A stretch of DNA of 64,000 nucleotides. It comes from Phycisphaerales bacterium (GTDB lineage Bacteria; Planctomycetota; UBA1135; UBA2386). A model generated the notes under the pieces. It was given only the letters and a program-made list of their open reading frames with translations, searched no databases and was not told the DNA's origin. The stretch is from NCBI GenBank assembly GCA_020247305.1, contig JADCJE010000008.1, positions 82,807 through 146,806 on the forward strand, given 5' to 3'. The position numbers and the translations under genes are program-made. Below are positions 16,441-25,782 of this stretch, in pieces. The first letter of the stretch is position 1; the number at the start of each line of letters is the position of its first letter.

Positions 16441-18016
16441 AGCCGTTCGGCTTCCGCATCAGGCCAGGCAGGTCGTCGTTCCCAGGGCGCGGCGCGTTCC
16501 TGCGCCGAAGGGTGTCGTCGAGGCCGCCGAGCACGCGGTCGAGCGCGTTCATCGTCGACTTGCGTTTGGGCTCGTCGCCGAGCACGCGATCGAGCGCGCT
16601 GGTCCGCGACTTCTTGTCGTCGTTCGCGTCGAGGGCTGCGAGCGCGCCCCGGACCGACTCGGTGACGCCGACCGGCGCCGACTCCTCGACAGCGTCGCTG
16701 ACGGCCCGCGCGCCGCCACCGGGAGCGAGGATGCCCTCGTTCGCCAACCGGGTGAGCATCTGGTAGACGTCGAAGAGCGGCAGGCCGAGCTGGCCGACGA
16801 GGCTCCGCGGCGTCGTGTCGCTCTGCAGCTGCGTGAGCAGCTTGATCTCCAGCACGCCGAGCGCGGCGTTGCCCATGCGCGCGTACATGTCGGCGCGCGG
16901 CTCGATCGGCGCGTCGGGGTCGGGGTAGACCTGCTGCATCTGCTTCCAGTCGTCGTTCAGCTTGCTGCCCTCGAGCAGCGTCGAGGTCACGCCGAGGCGG
17001 ACGTCGAAGGTCTCGATGCGCGGCGGCAGGACGTCGAGCCGCTTGTACTGGAACGCGTACGGCTCCGTCTCGCGCATGAACTCGAACAGCGCCTCCTTGC
17101 CGAAGGCGCGCAGCTGGTCGCGCACTTCGTCGTCCTTGAACACGCCGCGCTCGACCAGCGTCAGCAGCGCCGGGACGCCTTCGCTGACGCGGCGCGACTC
17201 GGCCTCGTGCACGACGTTCTCGGGGATCTCGCGGTGGCGCATCATGTTGCCGCCGGGGAGCACGCGGCGGCTCAGGTGGTGCGGGTCCAGCAGGACGATG
17301 CGGCCTTCCTTGAGGTAGACGTCGAGCCGGTTGTCGCCCTTCTCCAGCGACAGGCAGCCGATGTGCTTGCCCGACGCGAGCATCTGCATCATCTCCTCGA
17401 TGCTGATGAAGTCCGTGCGGCTCGCGAGGTTGAAGTCGCGCGAAGCCGCGGTCGCGCGCAGCAGGGCTTCATCGAACGCGCGACCGACCTCGGTCAGCGT
17501 GCGGACGGCGAAGATGGTGCCCATCGCCCACTGCGCCGCCTTCTCGGCGTCGCGCGCTTCGTCGCTGGCGACGAACTGCAGCATGCCCTGCCGCAGACGG
17601 GTGAAGATCAGTTCGCCGAGCACGTCCCGCGTGTCGCTCTTGCTGCCTTCCATGCGCAGCTTGCGCTCGACGAGGCCGCGCACGGCGACCGAGAGGTCGA
17701 TGAACGCCTCCTCGTAGACGGCGTCGTCGTCGCGCACGAGGCCGTCGACGAGCGCCTCGATGCGCCCACGCAGGCTGGCGGCGAGGTCCGCCTGGGCGGC
17801 CGGCGCCTGCTCGGCCGGCGCCGCAGTCGCGCCGGCGTCGGCGACGGGCTCCGCGCCGACCGCGATCGCGGGCGCCGATCCGGCGGGGATCGCGTCGGCG
17901 ACCGCCGCCGGCCCTTCTGGCGTCGGCGCGTCGGCCACGAAGGCGTCGACGACCGGCGCAGGCACGGCGTCGAGCTCGGTCGCGGCGACCGGGTCAGGCG
18001 TTACGTCTGGGGACAT
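16439..18016 (-). CDS. DUF4388-domain protein with Ala/Pro-rich N-terminal region
   Basis: DUF4388-like core (LASGKHIGCLSLEKGDNRLDVYLKEGRIVLL). Start set at the ATG at 18016 (MSPDVTPDP); the upstream part of ORF 16439..18340 looks like non-coding shadow. Confidence 0.6.
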   Translation of the reverse strand: MSPDVTPDPVAATELDAVPAPVVDAFVADAPTPEGPAAVADAIPAGSAPAIAVGAEPVADAGATAAPAEQAPAAQADLAASLRGRIEALVDGLVRDDDAVYEEAFIDLSVAVRGLVERKLRMEGSKSDTRDVLGELIFTRLRQGMLQFVASDEARDAEKAAQWAMGTIFAVRTLTEVGRAFDEALLRATAASRDFNLASRTDFISIEEMMQMLASGKHIGCLSLEKGDNRLDVYLKEGRIVLLDPHHLSRRVLPGGNMMRHREIPENVVHEAESRRVSEGVPALLTLVERGVFKDDEVRDQLRAFGKEALFEFMRETEPYAFQYKRLDVLPPRIETFDVRLGVTSTLLEGSKLNDDWKQMQQVYPDPDAPIEPRADMYARMGNAALGVLEIKLLTQLQSDTTPRSLVGQLGLPLFDVYQMLTRLANEGILAPGGGARAVSDAVEESAPVGVTESVRGALAALDANDDKKSRTSALDRVLGDEPKRKSTMNALDRVLGGLDDTLRRRNAPRPGNDDLPGLMRKPNG

Positions 18017-18194
18017 CCGTCGCTGATTTCGTCCGGCGCGGGCACCGTTCTTGACGGCTTCCAGCCGATCGAGGTACCGGCAGTGGATGGCCCTGGCGCA
18101 CCGCCGAGTCGATGGCCTAGAACCACCACCACCGCCGGCGTCGCGCCCGTCGCCATGACGCCGATGGCGCCGAGGGAACGCCCCCCGGATCGAC

Positions 18195-19166
18195 GTGAAC
18201 CCGCAACCGACCGCAGCCCAATGGCAGCAAGCCCGCGCCGTGCTGGCCGACCTCGGCCTGACCGCGCAGGAGCAACCCCATGGGCTCATGTCGGCGCAGC
18301 GCACGTCGCTGCCGGTCCTCGCCTCGGGCCCCGGCGGCAAGCGCTTCCTGCTGAAGTACTACCTGCCGCTGCCGGAGGCCGCGGTGCTGCCGCCAGGCGC
18401 CGGGCCTGCCGACTTCGGCCGCCGTGAGAGCGGCTTCTACCGTTTCCTCGACAGCGTCGACCCGCACCGCCGCGACTTCCCGGCGCCGCGAACGATCGCG
18501 TATGGCCCCGGCGACCCGCCGCGCTGGATCCTGCTCGAATGGCTGCCGCTCGCCGCCGGCCCCGCCGAAGAGGTCATCGGCCAGGAACACGCCATCGAAC
18601 TGCTGCGCAAGCTGGCGGCGATGCCGACGGACCGGCTGATCGGCCGCCGCAGCTTCCCGCTCGAACACTGGGATCCGATCGCGTACCTGGACCAGATCCG
18701 CGCCATGTACGACGCCGTGCTCTTCGTCGTCGGCGAGGCGCGGTGGCGCGGAATCCAGCGTTTCTTCGGCGAGGCGGTGCGCTGGACCGACGGCCGCAAG
18801 CACGTTCTGGTGCACGGCGACTTCTGCGAGAACAACATCGTCGTGACGGAGGACGGACTGCCCCACCTCGTCGACTTCGAGTGCGTCGGCATCGGCAACC
18901 GCGACCACGACTTCGCGACGTTCTGGATCCGCTGCCAACGCCATCCGGAGTGGAAACGGCAGTTGCTCGGCCGCTGGTTCGGCGGCCAGCACGGCGGCGA
19001 CCGCATCCGCGCCGAGTGGGGCATCCGGGCCGCGGTCGTGCACCTGGCGCTGCGCCGACTGCGTTGGGGCTACCTGACCCACGGTGAAGAGGATCCGCGG
19101 CTGAGCGCCAACCTCGCGCTGCTCGACGCCGCCCTCGACGGCGGGGCCAGCTTCTTTCCGGCCTGA
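18195..19166 (+). CDS. Phosphotransferase-family (APH/choline-kinase-like) protein kinase fold
   Basis: Brenner/catalytic motif LVHGDFCENNIVV followed by the DFE metal-binding motif. GTG start. Confidence 0.7.
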   Translation: MNPQPTAAQWQQARAVLADLGLTAQEQPHGLMSAQRTSLPVLASGPGGKRFLLKYYLPLPEAAVLPPGAGPADFGRRESGFYRFLDSVDPHRRDFPAPRTIAYGPGDPPRWILLEWLPLAAGPAEEVIGQEHAIELLRKLAAMPTDRLIGRRSFPLEHWDPIAYLDQIRAMYDAVLFVVGEARWRGIQRFFGEAVRWTDGRKHVLVHGDFCENNIVVTEDGLPHLVDFECVGIGNRDHDFATFWIRCQRHPEWKRQLLGRWFGGQHGGDRIRAEWGIRAAVVHLALRRLRWGYLTHGEEDPRLSANLALLDAALDGGASFFPA

Positions 19167-19349
19167 GGCGCCCGCAATGGCGCCGCCGCGCCCGCTCGCA
19201 CACGGCCAGCGCGGTCCAGGTCGCGGTGCCGAACGATGGCGGCGGGGAGTGCCGCCGGGTTGCGGCACCGACGGATTTCGGCGAGAACGCATCGCCGCAA
19301 GCGTCTTTTCTACATGATGTTGCGATCTTCTCGCTGCCTGCGGCAGGAG

Positions 19350-19365
19350 CGGCACGGGGCTTGCT
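19350..19365 (+). promoter_or_regulatory. Sigma-54-type -24/-12 element (cGGCAC-N5-TTGCT) upstream of the ECF sigma gene
   Basis: GG at 19351-19352 and GC at 19363-19364, with the canonical 10-nt separation. Matches TGGCAC-N5-TTGCW at all positions but the first. Confidence 0.25.
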
Positions 19366-19375
19366 CAACAGGAGC

Positions 19376-20002
19376 ATGGACGTTGGTGTGCCGCCGCTCG
19401 TCGACCTCCTCACGGACGAGGACCTGATCGCCCGCATGCAGGCAGGCGAAACGGCAGCGCCCTTGACCGAGTTGGAGCGCCGCTACGGCAAGCGCCTCTA
19501 CCACATGGTCCGCGGCATGCTGCGCGACGCCCACCTGGCGCAGGACGTCACCCAGGAGGTCTTCCAGAAGGTGCTGCTCAAGTACGACCTCTATCGCCTG
19601 GGCACCAACTTCCGCGCCTGGATCTTCGAGGTCGCGCGCAACCAGGCGCTGACTGCCATTCGCGCGCGCCAGCGGCGGCCGCGGCCGGTCAGCAGCCTCG
19701 CGACCGCCGCGGACGGCAACGTGTTCGAGATGCTGGCGGCGCCGGCCACGGACCGCGGCCTGGAGGAAGCGGAGTTCATGGCGGCGTTCCAGCAGGCGCT
19801 GGACGAACTGCCGCCGCACTACCGCAGCGTGTTCGAACTCTGCGTGCGCCAAGAGCGCACCTACGAGGACGCCGGCAAGGAACTCGGCCTGCCGACGGGC
19901 ACCGTGGCGATCCGGATCATGCGCGCGCGCAAGCGCCTGTTCACGGCCTTGCGCGAGCATCTGGGCCGCCTGCGCCGCCCGCCCGCCTGCTTCCAGGCCT
20001 GA
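19376..20002 (+). CDS. ECF-family RNA polymerase sigma factor
   Basis: Region 2 (DVTQEVFQKV, FRAWIFEVARNQAL) and region 4 HTH (YEDAGKELGLPTGTVAIRIMRARKRL). The ATG at 19376 is preceded by AGGAG. Confidence 0.85.
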   Translation: MDVGVPPLVDLLTDEDLIARMQAGETAAPLTELERRYGKRLYHMVRGMLRDAHLAQDVTQEVFQKVLLKYDLYRLGTNFRAWIFEVARNQALTAIRARQRRPRPVSSLATAADGNVFEMLAAPATDRGLEEAEFMAAFQQALDELPPHYRSVFELCVRQERTYEDAGKELGLPTGTVAIRIMRARKRLFTALREHLGRLRRPPACFQA

Positions 20003-20044
20003 CCGCGCGCCGGCGCACGCCGCGACCGCAGCCGCGCCGGCACT

Positions 20045-20755
20045 TCAGGGCACGGCGATGCCGAGTTCGGCGAAGGCCGCGTCGGCCAGCTTCTCCCAAC
20101 CTCGATTCGCCGCCGGACTCGCGGGACTCGGGTGCGGGATGCGACCGATGCGCACGGCGTCGCCGAGCACCGCGCGCGCCCGCGCCTCGGCGAACGCGCC
20201 GACGCCGACCACCCACTGCGGTCGCAGTTCCGCGACGACCGCGCGCAGCAACCGGTCGCAGACGGCGAACAGCGGCGCCGTCTCGGCCTTGGGCAACTTG
20301 TCGGGCGTCAGGTTGGCGCCGCTCTCGCCGAGGAACGCCAGCGGGCAGTAGTTGGCGACGAAGAACCGCGCCGCGAACGCGTCCGGCGCGCCGAAGCGAT
20401 CGCGCACCCAGCCCCACAGCCGCCGACCGCTGACCTCCGCGCGCTTGCAGGCGAGACCTTCGATCGGGCGCTTGGGATGCACCGCGGCGGGCTGGCGCAC
20501 GTCGCCGCGCAAGCCCAGGAAGTCGCGGACCGCCGCGATCTCGCCGAACGGCACGCCGGTCTGCACCATGCCGAAGGGCCCCGGGTTCATGCCGAGCAGC
20601 AGCACTTCCTTCGGTCCCTGGCCGTACCGCCGCAGCCATTGCTCGTGCAGCGGCCATGCGTAGTCGAGCGGGTCGTAGACGCACGCGACCGGCGCCGAGA
20701 AGCGCAGGCGGTCCAGTTCAGCGACGGCGGCCCGGGTGACGCGCGCGAGGCTCAT
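20045..20755 (-). CDS. SMUG1-family uracil-DNA glycosylase
   Basis: GMNPGPFGMVQTGVPFG motif and C-terminal HPSPASP motif, characteristic of family-3 (SMUG1) UDGs. ATG at 20755 (MSLARV). Confidence 0.8.
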   Translation of the reverse strand: MSLARVTRAAVAELDRLRFSAPVACVYDPLDYAWPLHEQWLRRYGQGPKEVLLLGMNPGPFGMVQTGVPFGEIAAVRDFLGLRGDVRQPAAVHPKRPIEGLACKRAEVSGRRLWGWVRDRFGAPDAFAARFFVANYCPLAFLGESGANLTPDKLPKAETAPLFAVCDRLLRAVVAELRPQWVVGVGAFAEARARAVLGDAVRIGRIPHPSPASPAANRGWEKLADAAFAELGIAVP

Positions 20756-20813
20756 GCGCGATTGGTAGCCGGCCGGCTGAGGCCGCACAACCGCGCGCAA
20801 ACGTCGCCGCCCC

Positions 20814-21221
20814 TCAGACGTCGCGGAACCCGAGCGCCACCAGCACGCACGACCCGTCGGCGATCACCGACAGGCCGGCCGCGCGCGCGGCCGCGATGGC
20901 CCCGGCTTCTTCCGCGCCCGGCTGGAACCAGAGGTGGCGGCAACCGGCGGCGATCGCGTCCTGCACGATCCCCGCGGCAGCCGCCGGCGGCGCGACGACC
21001 GAGACGGCGCGCGGCGCTCCAGGCACGACGGCGAGCGACGGATGGACCGCCGCGCCCTCGCACGCGCTCAACTTCGGATGCACGCCCACCACCGGCAGGC
21101 CGTGCTGCTGGTAGCAGCGCAGCACCTTGTTGCCGTATTTGGCGCGGTCGGCGGACGCGCCGACGACCGCGAACGAGCCGACGGCGAGGAACGCGGCGAC
21201 CTCGGGCGGATGATGGCGCAT
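20814..21221 (-). CDS. CoA-binding domain protein (YccU/YneT-like)
   Basis: 135 aa with FAVVGASADRAKYGNKV and WFQPGAEE motifs. ATG at 21221. Confidence 0.75.
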   Translation of the reverse strand: MRHHPPEVAAFLAVGSFAVVGASADRAKYGNKVLRCYQQHGLPVVGVHPKLSACEGAAVHPSLAVVPGAPRAVSVVAPPAAAAGIVQDAIAAGCRHLWFQPGAEEAGAIAAARAAGLSVIADGSCVLVALGFRDV

Positions 21222-21235
21222 CGCTGCGTCCCCGA

Positions 21236-22879
21236 TCACCGCCACGCCGGCTGCTTGCCGAGCTTCGCCGGCTTCTCGTCGGCGTTCGCGACCGCCCAAC
21301 CGGTCCAGAACGCCAGCCGCGCGATGCGCTCCATCTTGGCGCCATCGAGCTTGTCGGCGTGGTCGGAGACCTGGTGGTAGTCCTCGTGCTCGCCGTTGCA
21401 GAAGAACACCACCGGGATGCCCTTCTTGGCGAAGTTGTAGTGGTCGCTGCGCTGGTAGTACTTGTCGCCCGAGGAGAACGTGATGCCCATCGAGTCGGCG
21501 AACACGGCGGCGTCGCGGACGATGGTCGAGAACATGTTGTGCTTGTGGCTCGGCGTGACCGTGACCTCGTTCGCACCCGACTCCGGCCCGCTGCGGCCGA
21601 TCATGTCGGTGTTGACGTTGGCGACGATGCGATCGGCCGGCCACGTCGGGTTGTCGGCGTAGTACGCCGACCCCCAGAGGCCGAGCTCCTCGCCCGAGAC
21701 CGACAGGAAGATCACGCTGCGCTTGGGCTTGGCGGCCGACTTGGCGTACGCCGTGGCGATCGCCAGCAGCCCAGACGAGCCCGAGGCGTTGTCGTCGGCG
21801 CCGTTGAAGACCTCGCCGTCGATGCGCGTACCGACGTGGTCCATGTGGGCGCTGTACACGATGGCCTCCTTGGACAGTTCCGGATCGCTGCCGCGCAGCA
21901 CCGCGACGACGTTGCACGCGGTGGCCGCCTCGTCGACCGCCACGCCGAGCGTGAGGTCGGCGACGACGCCGTCCTTGGCCGCGGGCCGCTCCCCGCTGCC
22001 GGCGACGAAGGCCGCGACCGCGTCAGGCTGCAGCCCCAGCTCGCCGAGGAGCTTCGCGCTCGCCGGCTGCGACAGCACGAGCGTCGGCGCCGAGCCGCCG
22101 CCGCCGAGCATCGCCCCGAGGCCGCCCATGCCGTCCTCGCCACCCGCGAAACGGGCCTGCAGCGAATCCTTGCCGGGCGCGACGGCGAGGTAGTTGAGCA
22201 CGTCCGAAAGGCCGTAGCGGTCCTGCAACTGCACGAAGACCACCGCGGCGGCGCCCTTCTTCGCCAGCGCCTTGGCCGTCGTGCTCATCTGGTTGAAGGT
22301 CTGGAACGACATGCCGAACTTCTGTTCGACGGTGAGCCCGCCGTCGACGCGGCCCTTGGGCGTGCGCGCGACGACGACCGCCACGACCCCCGCCAGCGAC
22401 TCGTCGACGCCAACGTCCGCGGCGTCGCCGCGCACGCGACCGAGGCCGCAGAAGCGCAGGGCGCCCTTGTGCGAAAACTGCTGGGCCTGCCCGCCGAGCA
22501 CCGCGAAGCCGTCCGTCAGGGCCAGCCCGCCGAACGTGAGCTTGGTGTCGGCCGTGACGTACGTGCGGCGCACGCCGTAGTCCTGGTGCCAGCCGCGGAC
22601 GCCGTCCTTCTCGTCGCCGAGCGGCTCCAGGCCGAGCGCGGCGAAGTGCTTCTGGATGTAGGTCGCCGCCGCCAACTGGCCCGGCGATCCGGTCAGGCGA
22701 CCCTGCAGTTCGTCGCTGGCGAGGAAGGACGCGTGCTTGAGCAGCTCGTCCTTGCCGATCGTCGCCATCGCGGCCGGCGGTTCGAGCGACGCCGGGGCGG
22801 CTGGCGGCAAGGTCTCCGTCGGCGCTTGGGCGGCAAGGACGGCGGCGAAGAGGACGAACGGCAGCGGCCGGATGTGCAT
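21236..22879 (-). CDS. Secreted M28-family metallopeptidase with PA domain
   Basis: Signal peptide and Zn-ligand motifs (YSAHMDHVG, GADDNASG, SGEELGLWGS, DYHQVSDH). Confidence 0.8.
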   Translation of the reverse strand: MHIRPLPFVLFAAVLAAQAPTETLPPAAPASLEPPAAMATIGKDELLKHASFLASDELQGRLTGSPGQLAAATYIQKHFAALGLEPLGDEKDGVRGWHQDYGVRRTYVTADTKLTFGGLALTDGFAVLGGQAQQFSHKGALRFCGLGRVRGDAADVGVDESLAGVVAVVVARTPKGRVDGGLTVEQKFGMSFQTFNQMSTTAKALAKKGAAAVVFVQLQDRYGLSDVLNYLAVAPGKDSLQARFAGGEDGMGGLGAMLGGGGSAPTLVLSQPASAKLLGELGLQPDAVAAFVAGSGERPAAKDGVVADLTLGVAVDEAATACNVVAVLRGSDPELSKEAIVYSAHMDHVGTRIDGEVFNGADDNASGSSGLLAIATAYAKSAAKPKRSVIFLSVSGEELGLWGSAYYADNPTWPADRIVANVNTDMIGRSGPESGANEVTVTPSHKHNMFSTIVRDAAVFADSMGITFSSGDKYYQRSDHYNFAKKGIPVVFFCNGEHEDYHQVSDHADKLDGAKMERIARLAFWTGWAVANADEKPAKLGKQPAWR

Positions 22880-22975
22880 CAGAGGGTCGTTGGTCTCGGG
22901 AACGAGCCGCGCGACAATACGGCGGCAGGCGGATCAAGCCAACGTGGCCGCGCTTGCCAAAGGCCTGTCGGACCG

Positions 22976-24649
22976 ATGCCTACGCCACCACCGCCCGCCC
23001 ACCGCGTCGACCGACGCGCCTTCCTGCTCGGGGCCGCAGCACCCATGGCGCTGCCCGCCGCGTACCGCGGTCGCCCCGACGACGCCGACGACATGGCCGC
23101 CGCCGCGCGCCTCGCCGGTCTGGCGTACACCGACGGCCAGCGGCAGCAGGCCGCGGGCCAACTGCGGGAGCTGCGCGACGGCTACGCGGCGGTGCGCAGG
23201 GCCGCGATCCCCTTCACGTTGCCGCCTTGCGCCGCCTTCGACCCGTTGCCGCCGGGGGCCAGCCGGCCGCAGTGGACGCCGAAGGCGAGTCCCGCGATCC
23301 CGCCCGACACGGCGCTGCCAGCCGGCGAAGCCGACCTCGCCTTCGCCCCGCTGCTCGACCTCGCCAGCCTGTTGCGCCAGCGCAAGGTCACGTCCGTGCA
23401 GCTGACGCAACTCGCGCTCGACCGGCTGCAGCGCTTCGACCCGCAGCTGCTGTGCGTCGTCACGCTGCTGCGCGAACAAGCGCTGGCGCGCGCGCAGGAA
23501 CTCGATGCCGAACTCGCCGCCGGCAGCGACCGCGGGCCGCTGCACGGCATCCCCTACGGCGCCAAGGACCTGTTCGCATGGCCCGGCGCGCCGACGACGT
23601 TCGGCGCCGCACCGTGGCGCGAGCACGTCTGGGACGCGACGGCGACGCCGCTGCAGAAGCTCCACGACGCCGGCGCCGTGCTGGTCGCCAAGCTGTCGCT
23701 CGGCGCGCTCGCCATGGGCGACCTGTGGCACGGCGGCCGAACCCGCAATCCGTACGACCCAGCGAAGGGCAGCAGCGGCTCGTCGGCGGGCTCGGCGAGC
23801 GCCGTCGCCGCCGGCCTCGTGCCATTCGCGCTCGGCACCGAGACGCTCGGCTCGATCGTCTCGCCGTGCCGCCAGTGCGGCACAGCCGGCCTGCGGCCAA
23901 CGTTCGGCGCCGTCAGCCGTGCTGGCGCGATGCCGCTGTCGTGGACCATGGACAAGGTCGGGCCGATCGCGCGCAGCGCCGTCGACGCGGCGCTGGTGTT
24001 CGACGCGATCCGCGGCGCCGACGGCCGCGATCCGGCGGCGCGCGACGTGCCCTTCCGGGCCGAACTCGACGTCGACCTCAAGTACGTGCGCATCGGCGTC
24101 GTCGACCAGCGCGGCTTCCCGCAGCGCGACGAGGACCGCGCCTTCCTGACGTGGCTGGAGGCGCAGGCGCACAGCGTGCGCAAGGTGACGCTGCCTCACG
24201 CGCCATACAACGGCATGCTGGCGATGCTGCACGCCGAGGCCGCCGCCGCGTTCGACGAAGCGACGCGCGACGGGCGCATCGACCAGTTGCCGGGCCAAGG
24301 GCCGAACGACTGGCCCAACCAGTTCCGCAGCGCCCGCACGATCCCCGCCGTCGAGTACCTGCAGGCGAGCCGCGCGCGCTCACGCCTCGTCGCCGACATG
24401 GCCACGGCGCTCGGCGACGTCGACGTGCTGGTGGCGCCGACGCACGGCGGCGCGACGCTCGTCGCCACCAACCTGACCGGCCATCCGGCCTACGTGCTGC
24501 CGGTCGGTCGCAGCGAACGCGACGGCGGCCGGCCGACGATGCTGCAACTCGTCGGTTCGCTGTATGGTGAGACGACGCTGCTCGCCGTCGCCGCCGCGTG
24601 GCAGCGCGCGACCGACCACCACCGCGCCCGCCCCGCGCTGACACGATGA
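22976..24649 (+). CDS. Amidase-signature family amidase, Tat-type signal
   Basis: Twin-arginine leader (DRRAFLLGAAAP), the Gly/Ser-rich amidase signature (GSSGSSAGSASAVAAGLVPFALGTETLGS) and the catalytic-Lys context IPYGAKD. Confidence 0.8.
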   Translation: MPTPPPPAHRVDRRAFLLGAAAPMALPAAYRGRPDDADDMAAAARLAGLAYTDGQRQQAAGQLRELRDGYAAVRRAAIPFTLPPCAAFDPLPPGASRPQWTPKASPAIPPDTALPAGEADLAFAPLLDLASLLRQRKVTSVQLTQLALDRLQRFDPQLLCVVTLLREQALARAQELDAELAAGSDRGPLHGIPYGAKDLFAWPGAPTTFGAAPWREHVWDATATPLQKLHDAGAVLVAKLSLGALAMGDLWHGGRTRNPYDPAKGSSGSSAGSASAVAAGLVPFALGTETLGSIVSPCRQCGTAGLRPTFGAVSRAGAMPLSWTMDKVGPIARSAVDAALVFDAIRGADGRDPAARDVPFRAELDVDLKYVRIGVVDQRGFPQRDEDRAFLTWLEAQAHSVRKVTLPHAPYNGMLAMLHAEAAAAFDEATRDGRIDQLPGQGPNDWPNQFRSARTIPAVEYLQASRARSRLVADMATALGDVDVLVAPTHGGATLVATNLTGHPAYVLPVGRSERDGGRPTMLQLVGSLYGETTLLAVAAAWQRATDHHRARPALTR

Positions 24650-24893
24650 ACGCGCCCTCGTCCCCGCACCGGACTGTCGACCGCGTTGGCAGCTAGCCAG
24701 GGCAGGCTGCGAGACCGCCGGATGCACACGCCGCGGCAGCCCAGAGCCGCGGAGACCACTGCTTCCCCAGGCACGGTGTGGCCGCTGCCGCGGCCAACCA
24801 AGACAACCTGAGAGCCCGCATCGACACCTCGCCTACGAGCGTGGGCCACCAAAGGCCGCACCGCCCGCCGCTCGTCGTCGCGCCCGGGGGACT

Positions 24894-24950
24894 CGCCCAA
24901 GCCGCGCATCCACGCGCCGGATCAGCGCGCGGTCCGTGACGCAGCGTCCC
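24894..24950. repeat. Third copy (half-element) of the intergenic repeat family
   Basis: cccaagccgcgcatccacgcgccggatcagcgcgcggtccgtgacgcagcgtccc aligns with 38486-38539 with scattered mismatches. Confidence 0.65.
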
Positions 24951-24957
24951 GAGGCTC

Positions 24958-25665
24958 TCAGTCGAACACGGCCGCGATCTGCTTGGCGTCGACGCTCTCC
25001 TTGCCGACGCGCAGCAGGAAGTAGCAGGTCGCGGCCATCGCGGCCCCGAGCGGACCGATCACCACGCTGACGAGGTATTCCAGCAAGATACGGACCATGC
25101 CGGCCTCACTGGTCAGCTGCGTGGTCAGCCAGCCGATGCCGCCGCTGGCGATGACGATGAGGACGACCGCGCCGAAGATCGGCCACCGGCTGCCGTCCGT
25201 CAACGTGCGGCTGCGCCCCATCGCGTCGAGCCCGAGGCGCTCGACCACGGCCGCGGGCACCGCCACGTAGAACCACATCGCCAAGATCACACCCGGAACG
25301 ATGAACAGCACCGTGCCGAGGCCGATGCAGATGCCGACGACGATGCTGAGGATCAGCACACGCAACAGCGAGCGAACGCCGACGCTGACGACCTCGGCCA
25401 GCGTCGCCGACTCGCCGCGCAGCTTCTGCACGACTGCGTAGGTCAGCGCGCCGGTCAGCATCTGCCCAGCCAGCGCCGAGACGACGCCAGCGACGACCGC
25501 GACGACCGCAAGCTCCGACGACACCGCGACGTACATGAGGAGCAAGCCCGGCGCGTACGCGATCGCCGAGAGCAGCAGGAATGGCAGCAGATTGGCGACG
25601 TAGACCGCGAGGGAACGGCCGACGAGGTCTCCGACGCGCAGTCGATAGGGAACGTTCGCAGTCAT
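24958..25665 (-). CDS. Integral membrane protein (about 6 TM), function unknown
   Basis: The 235-aa hydrophobic C-terminal part of ORF 24958..27081, starting at the ATG at 25665 (MTANVPYRL). The upstream ORF extension overlaps real plus-strand genes and is rejected. Confidence 0.6.
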   Translation of the reverse strand: MTANVPYRLRVGDLVGRSLAVYVANLLPFLLLSAIAYAPGLLLMYVAVSSELAVVAVVAGVVSALAGQMLTGALTYAVVQKLRGESATLAEVVSVGVRSLLRVLILSIVVGICIGLGTVLFIVPGVILAMWFYVAVPAAVVERLGLDAMGRSRTLTDGSRWPIFGAVVLIVIASGGIGWLTTQLTSEAGMVRILLEYLVSVVIGPLGAAMAATCYFLLRVGKESVDAKQIAAVFD

Positions 25666-25782
25666 TGTGAATCCTGGGATCAGGAGCGGGGAACCGCCCG
25701 GGAAGCTACGCTGCGCGCCAGAACAAGCCAAACGTGCACCTCGCTTGCGGGCCCACGCGCAAGGGTTAGCCTGCACTGGCCG

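Noticed and set aside
18040-18056. Sigma-54-like motif GGCACcgttcTTGAc upstream of the APH-like gene.
   Set aside because: The invariant -12 GC is GA here. Without it the site is unlikely to be functional.
19283-19306. ECF-type autoregulatory promoter GAGAAC-N13-CGTC upstream of the ECF sigma gene.
   Set aside because: The spacer between the AAC and CGT elements is 13 nt, about 3 nt shorter than the 16-17 nt typical of ECF promoters.
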